Origin: Candidatus Saccharimonadota bacterium
Lineage (GTDB): Bacteria > Patescibacteriota > Patescibacteriia > 2-12-FULL-60-25
Reading direction: 5' to 3'
Assembly (NCBI GenBank): GCA_016699205.1
Contig: CP064964.1
Location: 990,001 to 1,022,000, forward strand
DNA length: 32,000 nt
The position numbers were made by a program, and so were the translations under genes. This document shows positions 1 to 7,515 of this stretch, one piece after another (within the stretch, counting starts at the first letter, position 1; the number at the start of each line of letters is the position of its first letter). The notes under the pieces were generated by a model. The model saw only the letters and a program-made list of their open reading frames with translations. It was not told where the DNA came from and ran no database searches.

Positions 1-1
1 G

Positions 2-862
2 GCCGTGCTGCCGCAATTATTGTTGTCTCGATTTGCGAGAAAACAGGTAACTGTTGCTTTGAGCGGTGATGGCGGTGATGAATTGCTTATTGGTTATCAG
101 CATATTCCAGCACATCGAGTGGTTGAAGCATTGCCTGCGATTTCCCGTTTTGGATCGCGTGTCGCGCAAAAACTTCCGGCTGGAGGAGGGTATTTTAGTT
201 TGGGATTTAAGGCGCAGCGATTTGCGCGGGGAGCATCCATTGAAAATCGTTTGGCGAGAGATTTGGCTTGGCGCGGCGCGGTAGACGCATCGACGTTGAA
301 GCAGATTCTTGATTCGCGGGTTTTATTGAACGCTGATCCGGATTGGTCTGAGCGTTTGTTGACTGAGTATGCTGCTGAAGCTGGGAATGATTTTGATGGA
401 TGGCGCGGATGGTCTTGGGCGTATCTCCGAAGTTTCCTGATGGATGAAGTTTTGGTGAAAGTGGATCGGGCGACGATGTGGTTTTCTCTCGAGTCTCGTG
501 CGCCGCTGCTTGATCGACGCGTTGTTGAATATCTTCTCGCTTTGCCGACCAAGTACAAGACGGGTGCTTGGGGGAAGAAACGGCTGTTGCGTGAGCTTGT
601 GAAGGGGCGCGTGCCGTCGGAGATACTTGATAAGCCAAAGCATGGTTTTGGTGTACCGGTAGCTGATTGGTTGCGAGGGCCGTTGAAATCGATGTTGTTG
701 GAATTAACAGCGACGGATCGACTGCGTGAGCAGGGATTATTCCGACCAGAAGGTGTTGAACAGCTCGTGAGCGACCATATTTCCGGGAGAATTGATCGAA
801 GAAAAGAGCTTTGGGCGATGCTTCAATTTCAGCTCTGGCATTCCAAATTCTTTCGTGATTAG
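2..862 (+). CDS. Asparagine synthetase (glutamine-hydrolysing) family amidotransferase, C-terminal synthetase domain only; 5' end cut by window edge
   Basis: The frame is open from the window edge to TAG 860-862. LSGDGGDELLIGY, VKVDRATMWFSLESRAPLLD and KPKHGFGVPVADWLRG are typical AsnB-type synthetase-domain segments. The next gene starts 10 nt downstream. Confidence 0.8.
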   Translation, partial: AVLPQLLLSRFARKQVTVALSGDGGDELLIGYQHIPAHRVVEALPAISRFGSRVAQKLPAGGGYFSLGFKAQRFARGASIENRLARDLAWRGAVDASTLKQILDSRVLLNADPDWSERLLTEYAAEAGNDFDGWRGWSWAYLRSFLMDEVLVKVDRATMWFSLESRAPLLDRRVVEYLLALPTKYKTGAWGKKRLLRELVKGRVPSEILDKPKHGFGVPVADWLRGPLKSMLLELTATDRLREQGLFRPEGVEQLVSDHISGRIDRRKELWAMLQFQLWHSKFFRD

Positions 863-872
863 GTAGCGGCCT

Positions 873-2639
873 ATGATCAGGATTGCCATCATGGGTACAG
901 GTATGGTGGGTGGAGCTCTTGAGCGCTATTTCCGTCTGCACGGTACCGTTCCGGGACTTTTTGACCCGCCAAAGGGTTTAACGGATGCATCGGTATTGGC
1001 TTTAGCCGATGTTATTTTTATCGCCGTTCCAACGCCGTATTATTTGGACGGGAGCGGGTTTGATGAAAGCTATTTGCGTTCCGCGATTGAAGCGATTCCG
1101 GTTCCGGGTAAGACTATTGTTTTGAAGTCGACGATTTTGCCAGGAACGACAGAGCGCATGCAGGCGGATTATCCGATGCATCGTTTCTTATTTAATCCGG
1201 AATTTTTGACAGAGACGACGGCGGATCGGGATATGCAGTTTCCAAATCGACAGATTGTCGGATACACGGCGGAGAGCCGGAAGGATGCGGAGCTCGTGAT
1301 GGGTATTCTTCCGCGAGCGACTTTTGAGAATATTATTCCATCGCGTGCCGCGGAAATGGTGAAGTATTTTGGCAATGCGTTTTACGCGCTGAAGGTTGCG
1401 TACGCCAACCAGATGTATGATCTTTGTGAAAAGATCGGTGTCGATTATGACTTGGTCAAGGAATGCGCCAAAGCCGAGCCGTGGATGGGCATGCATCACT
1501 GGGAGATATTCCATAAAGGTTATCGCGGGTATGGAGGAAAATGCCTGCCAAAGGACACACGCGCGATTGTCCAGCTCGGAAGCCGTGTCGGATCGGATCT
1601 GTCGATTTTAAAGCAAGCAGAAGATTATAATAATGCGATCTGCGCTGCCCAGGGTTTGAATATCCAGTGGGAAGAAGGCTCGCCCAAGAAGGGAATGATT
1701 CCGCCAACATTTATCAAGAAGAAGAAATACTTGGTGACAGGTGGAGCGGGATTTATCGGTTCAACGCTCGTTGATGCTCTAATCGCCGCTGGTCATGAAG
1801 TGCGCGTGATCGATAATTTGTCGACCGGAAAACGGGAGCGCGTGCATCCATCGGCGGAATTCGTTTTGGCAGACTTCACCGATTTGGAACAGATTCGCGA
1901 TCATTTTCAGGGTATCGATGGCGTATTCCATGTTGGAGCTTTGCCGCGTATTCCGTATTCCATCGAACATCCATTGCCGGCCGCGGAAGTGAATGTTATG
2001 GGAACGTTGAATGTGTTTGTGGCGGCTCGCGATGCGAATGTGAAGCGCGTTGTGTATAGCGCTTCTTCATCTGCGTATGGCAGCCAGGAGGAATTGCCTT
2101 TGCGCACGGATATGCCGGCAAATCCTTTGAATCCGTATGCATTGCATAAGTACGTCGGGGAGAAGATTGCCGAGCAGTTCCATCGTTTTTATGGAATGGA
2201 AACCGTGTCACTCCGTTATTTCAACGTGTATGGACCGCGGATGGCTAATGAAGGGGCTTACTTGAATGCGATTGCCGCCTTTATCAAGCAGCGTAAAAAT
2301 GGCGAGCCGCTAACGATTTATGGTGACGGTGAGCAGACGCGCGATTTCACGCATGTGTTTGATGTGGTACGTGCCAATATGATGGCGATGGAATCAAGTC
2401 GCGTGGGCCAAGGCGATGTCCTGAATGTTGGAGCGGGCGAGAAACACTCGGTCAACGAGATCGCTGCCATTGTCGGGGGAATACCGCAGTATCTCGAAGC
2501 AAGAAAAGGAGAGGCTCGTGATACGCTTGCTGATATTTCAGGGACGCGTGAAGCGCTTGGTTGGGAACCGCGTCACAAGTTCGTTGAGAGTCTTCGCCAG
2601 TTGCTGCGTGATGAAGGGATTGAGCCTGCGATTAAGTAA
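873..2639 (+). CDS. Fusion protein: UDP-sugar 6-dehydrogenase family N-terminal and central domains (no C-terminal UDP-binding domain) joined to an NAD-dependent SDR epimerase/dehydratase
   Basis: Single 588-aa ORF from ATG 873 to TAA 2637-2639. Residues 1-260 carry GTGMVGG (Rossmann), NPEFLTE and the catalytic-Cys motif GGKCLPKD of the UDP-glucose/GDP-mannose dehydrogenase family. Residues ~284-588 carry TGGAGFIGS, DNLSTG, SSSAYG and YALHK (YxxxK) of extended SDR 4-epimerases. Confidence 0.8.
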   Translation: MIRIAIMGTGMVGGALERYFRLHGTVPGLFDPPKGLTDASVLALADVIFIAVPTPYYLDGSGFDESYLRSAIEAIPVPGKTIVLKSTILPGTTERMQADYPMHRFLFNPEFLTETTADRDMQFPNRQIVGYTAESRKDAELVMGILPRATFENIIPSRAAEMVKYFGNAFYALKVAYANQMYDLCEKIGVDYDLVKECAKAEPWMGMHHWEIFHKGYRGYGGKCLPKDTRAIVQLGSRVGSDLSILKQAEDYNNAICAAQGLNIQWEEGSPKKGMIPPTFIKKKKYLVTGGAGFIGSTLVDALIAAGHEVRVIDNLSTGKRERVHPSAEFVLADFTDLEQIRDHFQGIDGVFHVGALPRIPYSIEHPLPAAEVNVMGTLNVFVAARDANVKRVVYSASSSAYGSQEELPLRTDMPANPLNPYALHKYVGEKIAEQFHRFYGMETVSLRYFNVYGPRMANEGAYLNAIAAFIKQRKNGEPLTIYGDGEQTRDFTHVFDVVRANMMAMESSRVGQGDVLNVGAGEKHSVNEIAAIVGGIPQYLEARKGEARDTLADISGTREALGWEPRHKFVESLRQLLRDEGIEPAIK

Positions 2640-2670
2640 AAAAGACCGCCCCGATGAGGGCGGTCTTTTT
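2640..2670. terminator. Bidirectional rho-independent terminator between convergent genes
   Basis: AAAAGACCGCCC-cgatga-GGGCGGTCTTTTT forms a perfect GC-rich stem (2644-2651 / 2658-2665). It is flanked by an A-tract and a T-tract. It starts directly after the stop at 2637-2639 and overlaps the stop of the minus-strand gene. Confidence 0.75.
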
Positions 2671-3931
2671 ATGTGCCTTGTCTGCGAAGGACGATACCGA
2701 TTGTTCTGAGGAGAATAAGCGCGTCAAGGAAGAACGAGCGATGTTTGATGTAATACAAATCGTATTGGAGCTTTTTCAAGTTGTCCTCGAGGCTTGCTGT
2801 TGGTGTCAGGAACATGACTTGTGCCCATCCGGTTAACCCCGGGCGTGTAAGGTGACGCAGAGCGTAGTAGGGCATGCGCTCGATGAGCGGCGTGACGAAT
2901 TCCGGGCGTTCTGGGCGCGGGCCAATAAGGGATAGATCGCCGATCAAGACATTCCAGATTTGTGGGAGTTCATCGATACGGGCGCGGCGCATGAAGCGGC
3001 CAAAGGCAAAGAGGCGAGGATCGGTTTTGGCGTCGGCGGTGAAGCGGGCGCCGTCTTTTTCCGCATCGAGATGCATGGTGCGGAATTTGTAGATTTTGAA
3101 GGTTTTACCGTTTTTACCGACACGGAGTTGGGAGTAGATGACCGGGCCTTTTGAGGAGAGTTTGGTTGTGATGGCGATAAACGGGAAAAGAAGGGCTGTG
3201 ACGATGCCAAATGGAATGGCGAGGATAATGTCGGAAACGCGTTTTGCGGATTCGTACCAAGCTTTGTTGCCTTCATTCAGATGATGCAGGAACCAGCTTT
3301 CCGTTACGTAGGAAAGTGGAATGCGGCCCGTGGCGGCTTCCTCGATCTCTGCGCGGTCAAGAATTTGAATCGAGTTAAATAACGAATTATAAAGATGACG
3401 CGAGAGTTCAGGTTGCGATTCCGGTCGAACACCCAGGACGACGGAAGTAATGCGTTCGCGTTCAATCGTGTTTTGATACTCGGAAAGAGGGAGCCATGGA
3501 ATATCGTTGTGACGATAGGTTTCTCCGCCCGTTGAGATCGCGGCAACGAGCTTCATCCCGAGAGCGCTTTCACGGAGCAGGGCATCGACTTTACGCATTT
3601 CTTCTGCAGGACCGACAAAGAGAACGCGGCCGCCGGAGAAGTAGGATTGGAGAATGCGTCCAGCAAATAAGCGCCAAGCGTATCCCAAGAGCAGCGATAA
3701 GCTGAAAAAAAGGAAGAGAATGGTGCGCGGTGTAAGACCAAAGAAGGGGATAAGGTAGAAAAATCCAAAAGCGATAGCCAAGTTCGCGATCATGCCTTCA
3801 AGAAATGTACGGAACAATCGCACCGGCTCGCGTGTCAGGACAAGGTTGTAGAGACCGGCGATATAAAAACAAATACCCCAAAGAATGATGACAAAGGTGA
3901 ATGGAATGATGTTGACCGCCCAGATATTCAA
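2669..3931 (-). CDS. Polyprenyl-phosphate sugar-phosphotransferase (bacterial sugar transferase family, WbaP-like large type), initiating enzyme of glycan assembly
   Basis: 420-aa ORF from TTG 3931. The C-terminal catalytic domain has KIYKFRTM and DELPQIWNVLIGDLSLIGPRPERPEF, preceded by several hydrophobic helices. A conserved-looking N-terminus with an ATG at 4041 lies in another frame (see findings). Confidence 0.85.
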   Translation of the reverse strand: MNIWAVNIIPFTFVIILWGICFYIAGLYNLVLTREPVRLFRTFLEGMIANLAIAFGFFYLIPFFGLTPRTILFLFFSLSLLLGYAWRLFAGRILQSYFSGGRVLFVGPAEEMRKVDALLRESALGMKLVAAISTGGETYRHNDIPWLPLSEYQNTIERERITSVVLGVRPESQPELSRHLYNSLFNSIQILDRAEIEEAATGRIPLSYVTESWFLHHLNEGNKAWYESAKRVSDIILAIPFGIVTALLFPFIAITTKLSSKGPVIYSQLRVGKNGKTFKIYKFRTMHLDAEKDGARFTADAKTDPRLFAFGRFMRRARIDELPQIWNVLIGDLSLIGPRPERPEFVTPLIERMPYYALRHLTRPGLTGWAQVMFLTPTASLEDNLKKLQYDLYYIKHRSFFLDALILLRTIGIVLRRQGT

Positions 3932-4099
3932 GTTGATTTCCGTATTTCTGATGGCGAGCGCGAGGAAAGCGCCAGCTCAAACATGAGGACGTCGCCTATG
4001 ACGAGGAGGAGACTTTTGAGCCGTTGTCCATTGTGTAGCATAGCGATTGGCTAATCGATCTAGCCTACTGTATGCTGGCCTTGTTTAGACGTCCAGCAC

Positions 4100-5321
4100 A
4101 TGAGAAAACTTTTTCAGTGGTCAGTTTTCAGTGGTCAATTTGCCCTGATTTTAGGGTTTTTTCTGCTTGGAACCCCTGTTTTAGCTGCGGAGTCCATCAC
4201 GCCAAATGATCCGCTCTATCATCGCCAATGGGCTTCGCGTCAGATCGATGAGGGAAGGCGTGGAGTTACACCACTGGTAGCCGGGATGTGATTGTGGCGA
4301 TCATTGATGGCGGGTGTGGACATCCGGCATCCGGACTTTTGGCCAAATGTCTGGGTAAATGAAGATGAGAAAGATCGAAGATGGTATTGATAATGACGAG
4401 AATGGATATATCGATGATATTTTTGGATGGAATTTCGTGAACGATTCTTCCTGGGTTGGTCCGATGAATGCGCGTCAACAGCAGGATGATGCGTGGAGTC
4501 ATGGGACGATTGTCGCTTCACTGGTTGCGGCGCGTGGAAATAATTCGGAAGGAATTGCGGGTGTCACTTGGAATAGCCGATTCATGCCGCTTGTTGTGCT
4601 TGATGGAGATGGCTTTGGAAATATTCCAAGCATTGTGCGCGCTATTCGGTACGCGATACAGCAGGGCGCGAGTATCGTTAATTTAAGTTTGACTGGTTAT
4701 GAGAATGATCCGGAGTTGGATCAGGTGCTTCTTGAGGCGGAGGAGGCGGATGTCTTAGTTGTTGTTGCTGCTGGAAATGATTCGGATGAAGCCGGCCGTG
4801 ATTTGGCGGAGTTGCCGGTTTATCCGGCGTGCAGTGTGAACGCCTCTTCGACATTAATCGCTGTAACGGGAACCGACGTTCTTGATCAGCGGGCTCCGTA
4901 TGCGGATTTTGGCGCAGCCTGTACCGATCTTGCGGCGCCGGGGCATGAACTTATCGGTGCGCACCCGACGACGAAATCCGATGGACTCCAAAGCAACAAC
5001 GACGCGCTTTACATCGATACGATCACGGGCACGAGTGCTGCAGCTCCGCTTGTATCCGGTACGGCTGCATTGATCCGCAGCGTGAAGCCGGATTGGACAG
5101 CGCAACAAGTTCGCGATCGTATTCTCGAGTCGGCGGATTTGATTGAGCCAGGTGTTTTTGCCGGAGAGATCGGCAAGCTTGGCCGAGGCCGATTGAATGC
5201 AGGGCGCGCCCTTGAGGGTCTCGTCGAACGCAAGGTAGAAAGCGGAAAGCCGGTTGTCGAGAAGCTGCCTGAACTGCCGCGATGGACGACAGGCGTTTGG
5301 CATTTTTTTGAACAGTTATGA
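4100..5321 (+). pseudogene. Secreted subtilisin-like serine protease (peptidase S8), interrupted by three 1-nt frameshifts
   Basis: The signal peptide and PNDPLYHRQW are read from ATG 4100. AWSYTTGSRDVIVAIIDGG (catalytic Asp) lies in a second frame at 4252-4314. VDIRHPDFWPNVWVNEDEK follows at 4313-4372, back in the first frame. The rest, to 5321, is in the third frame with DNDENGYIDD, SHGT (His) and GTSAAAPLVSG (Ser). Confidence 0.75.
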
Positions 5322-5395
5322 TAGACGAGATCAAAAGCGTTGCTATTTCGCGCATAGACTATTCACATTCCGTAAGGCGCATAACGGCTAAAACG

Positions 5396-5404
5396 TGGTA
5401 TCAT
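5396..5404 (+). promoter_or_regulatory. Extended -10 promoter element TGgTATCAT, 6 nt upstream of ATG 5411
   Basis: The sequence reads TGG TATCAT tccgcc ATG. There is no SD-like purine run. Confidence 0.4.
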
Positions 5405-5410
5405 TCCGCC

Positions 5411-6436
5411 ATGTCCAGCAAACGTTCTGTTATCGACAAAAAGAATATTCTTGTCACAGGCGGATCCGGTTTTATCGGTTCGCATTTGTGCGATGCGCTC
5501 GTGCGTGATCACCACGTGATCTGCATGGATAATTTTTCCACGAGTACCGTCGCTAACATCGAGCATCTTTTGCAGAATCCGAATTTTGAATTCATCAATC
5601 ACGATATTACCCAGCCATTTGATTTGGCGAGCTATTCCGAGCTGGAGCGATTCAAAATCAAGTTCCAAGGCCTTCAGGAGATTTACCATCTTGCAACGCC
5701 AATTTCCAAACGTCACTTTGAGGATTTTAAAATCGCTACTGTTTTGACCAATTCCATTGGTACCAAGAACGTTTTGGACGTTGCGGTCGCGAATCATGCC
5801 AAAGTGCTGTACGCCTCTTCATCGGCGTTATACGGGCCGCGCCGTCCGGATCGGCCTTATGTATCAGAGACGGATCCTTGTACGCTTGATCACCTTACGC
5901 CGCGCGGTGCTTATGATGAGGGCAAGCGTTTTAGCGAGTCGATTTTGGAGACGTATGCCGATGTGTATGGAATCGATGTAAAGATCGCGCGTATTTTTAG
6001 AACGTATGGACCGCGCATGAAGATTTATGACGGCAACTTGCTGCCGGACATGATCAATAATGCGATTGATGAGAAGGATATCGAGCTCACAGCGCCAGAG
6101 GATGCCAAGATTAGTCTTGCGTATGTTTCCGATATTATCGATGGACTTGTGCGTCACATGAATACACCGGTAGATGTGACGGTTGTAAATCTTGGATCAG
6201 ATCAAGAGCACTTTTTGTCTTCCGTGGCCGCGACGATTACGAAATTGTGCGACTCTCCTTCACGCATCCGTTTTGAGCCTTCTGCGTCTGGTTGGACGGA
6301 GGCTGGTTTGCCGGATATTTCAAAAGCAAGACAGATTCTTGGCTGGCTTCCGCTTGTCCGTTTGGAAGATGGTTTGCGCCAGATGATCGATTATTCCCGC
6401 TCTAAGCGCCGTGAATCAGGAGGCTTTCACGCCTAA
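5411..6436 (+). CDS. UDP-glucuronate decarboxylase (UXS)-like extended SDR, paralog A, atypical active site
   Basis: TGGSGFIGSHL, YDEGKRF and ARIFRTYGPRM are UXS hallmarks. The canonical STSEVYG motif is replaced by SSSALYG. ATG 5411 was chosen over the longest-ORF start at 5318 because homology begins there and a -10 box precedes it. Confidence 0.8.
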   Translation: MSSKRSVIDKKNILVTGGSGFIGSHLCDALVRDHHVICMDNFSTSTVANIEHLLQNPNFEFINHDITQPFDLASYSELERFKIKFQGLQEIYHLATPISKRHFEDFKIATVLTNSIGTKNVLDVAVANHAKVLYASSSALYGPRRPDRPYVSETDPCTLDHLTPRGAYDEGKRFSESILETYADVYGIDVKIARIFRTYGPRMKIYDGNLLPDMINNAIDEKDIELTAPEDAKISLAYVSDIIDGLVRHMNTPVDVTVVNLGSDQEHFLSSVAATITKLCDSPSRIRFEPSASGWTEAGLPDISKARQILGWLPLVRLEDGLRQMIDYSRSKRRESGGFHA

Positions 6437-7476
6437 TGCGTAACGAAATTTCTATGTCTGACAAACCCGTATTTGATAAGAAGAATGTCCTCGTGACCGG
6501 AGGCGCCGGTTTTATCGGTTCGCATTTGTGCGAGGAGCTGCTCAAGACCTCGCGCGTGATTTGTCTTGATAATTTCATGACGAGTCAGGAATCCAATATC
6601 GACCATCTGCTCAAGAATCCGGATTTTGAATTTATTCGCCATGACATCAGTGTGCCTTTTGATCCGGAAGCATTTCCAGAGCTCGCGCGATTCAAGGTGA
6701 AGTTCCAAGGCATCCAGGAGATCTATCATCTTGCTTGTCCGACGAGTGCCAAAAAATTTGATCAGTACATGATGCAGACGCTGTATGCCAACTCGATCGG
6801 CATCAAGAATGCGCTTGATCTAGCTGTGCGTTACCAAGCCAAGTTTTTGCAGGCGTCGACATCTGTTGTGTATGGACCACGTCCTGCTGATGGTCATAAT
6901 TTTAAGGAGGAAGAGTACGGCGCTGTTGATGTGCTTACGCCACGCTCTTGTTATGACGAGGGAAAGCGTTTTGCGGAAACAAGCTGCTTTACCTATCAGC
7001 TTGTTCATAAAGTGGATGTCCGTATTGCGCGCATTTTCCGTACGTATGGACCGCGCATGCCATTGTTTGATGGCCAGATGATTCCGGATTTTATTACGAA
7101 TGCGCTTGATGGGAAGGAATTGGAAATTTTTGGAGATGAGTCATTCCGTACGTCGCTGGTTTATGTAACGGATATTGTCGATGGAATGGTGAAGCTGATG
7201 GGAGCAACGCAAAATCCTGGACCAGTAAATTTGGGTTCGGATGTCGATGCGCCGCTTGTGGATGTCGCAAATCGTATTATGGAAATGACTGGATCGACCT
7301 CTAGTATCGCTTTCCGCGAACCGTTGATGTTCATGACGCAGCTTGGATTGCCCGATCTTTCCAAGGCCAAGGAGAAGCTTGGTTGGATTCCGTTGGTTAC
7401 ACTTGACGATGGTTTGAAGCGAACGATCGATTATACGATCGCCAATAAGAGCCTGCTTTCTTTCCGGTCCTTCTAG
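6436..7476 (+). CDS. UDP-glucuronate decarboxylase (UXS)-like extended SDR, paralog B, atypical active site
   Basis: TGGAGFIGSHL, YDEGKRFAET and ARIFRTYGPRM are present, with STSVVYG instead of STSEVYG. ATG 6436 overlaps the upstream TAA, and AGGAGG at 6417-6422 lies upstream. ATG 6454 is an alternative start. Confidence 0.8.
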   Translation: MRNEISMSDKPVFDKKNVLVTGGAGFIGSHLCEELLKTSRVICLDNFMTSQESNIDHLLKNPDFEFIRHDISVPFDPEAFPELARFKVKFQGIQEIYHLACPTSAKKFDQYMMQTLYANSIGIKNALDLAVRYQAKFLQASTSVVYGPRPADGHNFKEEEYGAVDVLTPRSCYDEGKRFAETSCFTYQLVHKVDVRIARIFRTYGPRMPLFDGQMIPDFITNALDGKELEIFGDESFRTSLVYVTDIVDGMVKLMGATQNPGPVNLGSDVDAPLVDVANRIMEMTGSTSSIAFREPLMFMTQLGLPDLSKAKEKLGWIPLVTLDDGLKRTIDYTIANKSLLSFRSF

Positions 7477-7480
7477 AGGG

Positions 7481-7509
7481 TTGAAATTCGCTACGCTTCG
7501 CGCTAAGGT
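7481..7509 (+). promoter_or_regulatory. Candidate promoter TTGAAA-17-TAAGGT, 6 nt upstream of ATG 7516
   Basis: Hexamers and spacing were read directly from the sequence. Caveat: TAAGGT also matches the 5' part of a Shine-Dalgarno consensus (UAAGG). Confidence 0.35.
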
Positions 7510-7515
7510 CGGGGT

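Noticed and set aside
207-941. 244-aa minus-strand ORF spanning the asnB-like / fusion-gene junction
   Set aside because: It is antisense to two ORFs with clear family motifs. Its translation is a Ser/Pro/His/Gln/Ala-rich low-complexity string without motifs, which is typical of a shadow ORF.
4044-4057. Short inverted repeat CGATT-ggct-AATCG in the divergent spacer between the sugar transferase and the S8 protease, considered as a possible operator
   Set aside because: The arms are only 5 nt, there is no second copy in the window, and such a match is easily produced by chance.
4250-4372. Programmed ribosomal frameshifting or slipped-strand phase variation as the explanation for the S8 protease frame changes
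   Set aside because: Three shifts in alternating directions occur within 120 nt. There are no slippery heptamers or downstream structures. The homopolymers are only 3 nt long, which is far shorter than known phase-variable tracts. Sequencing or assembly error, or decay, is more parsimonious.
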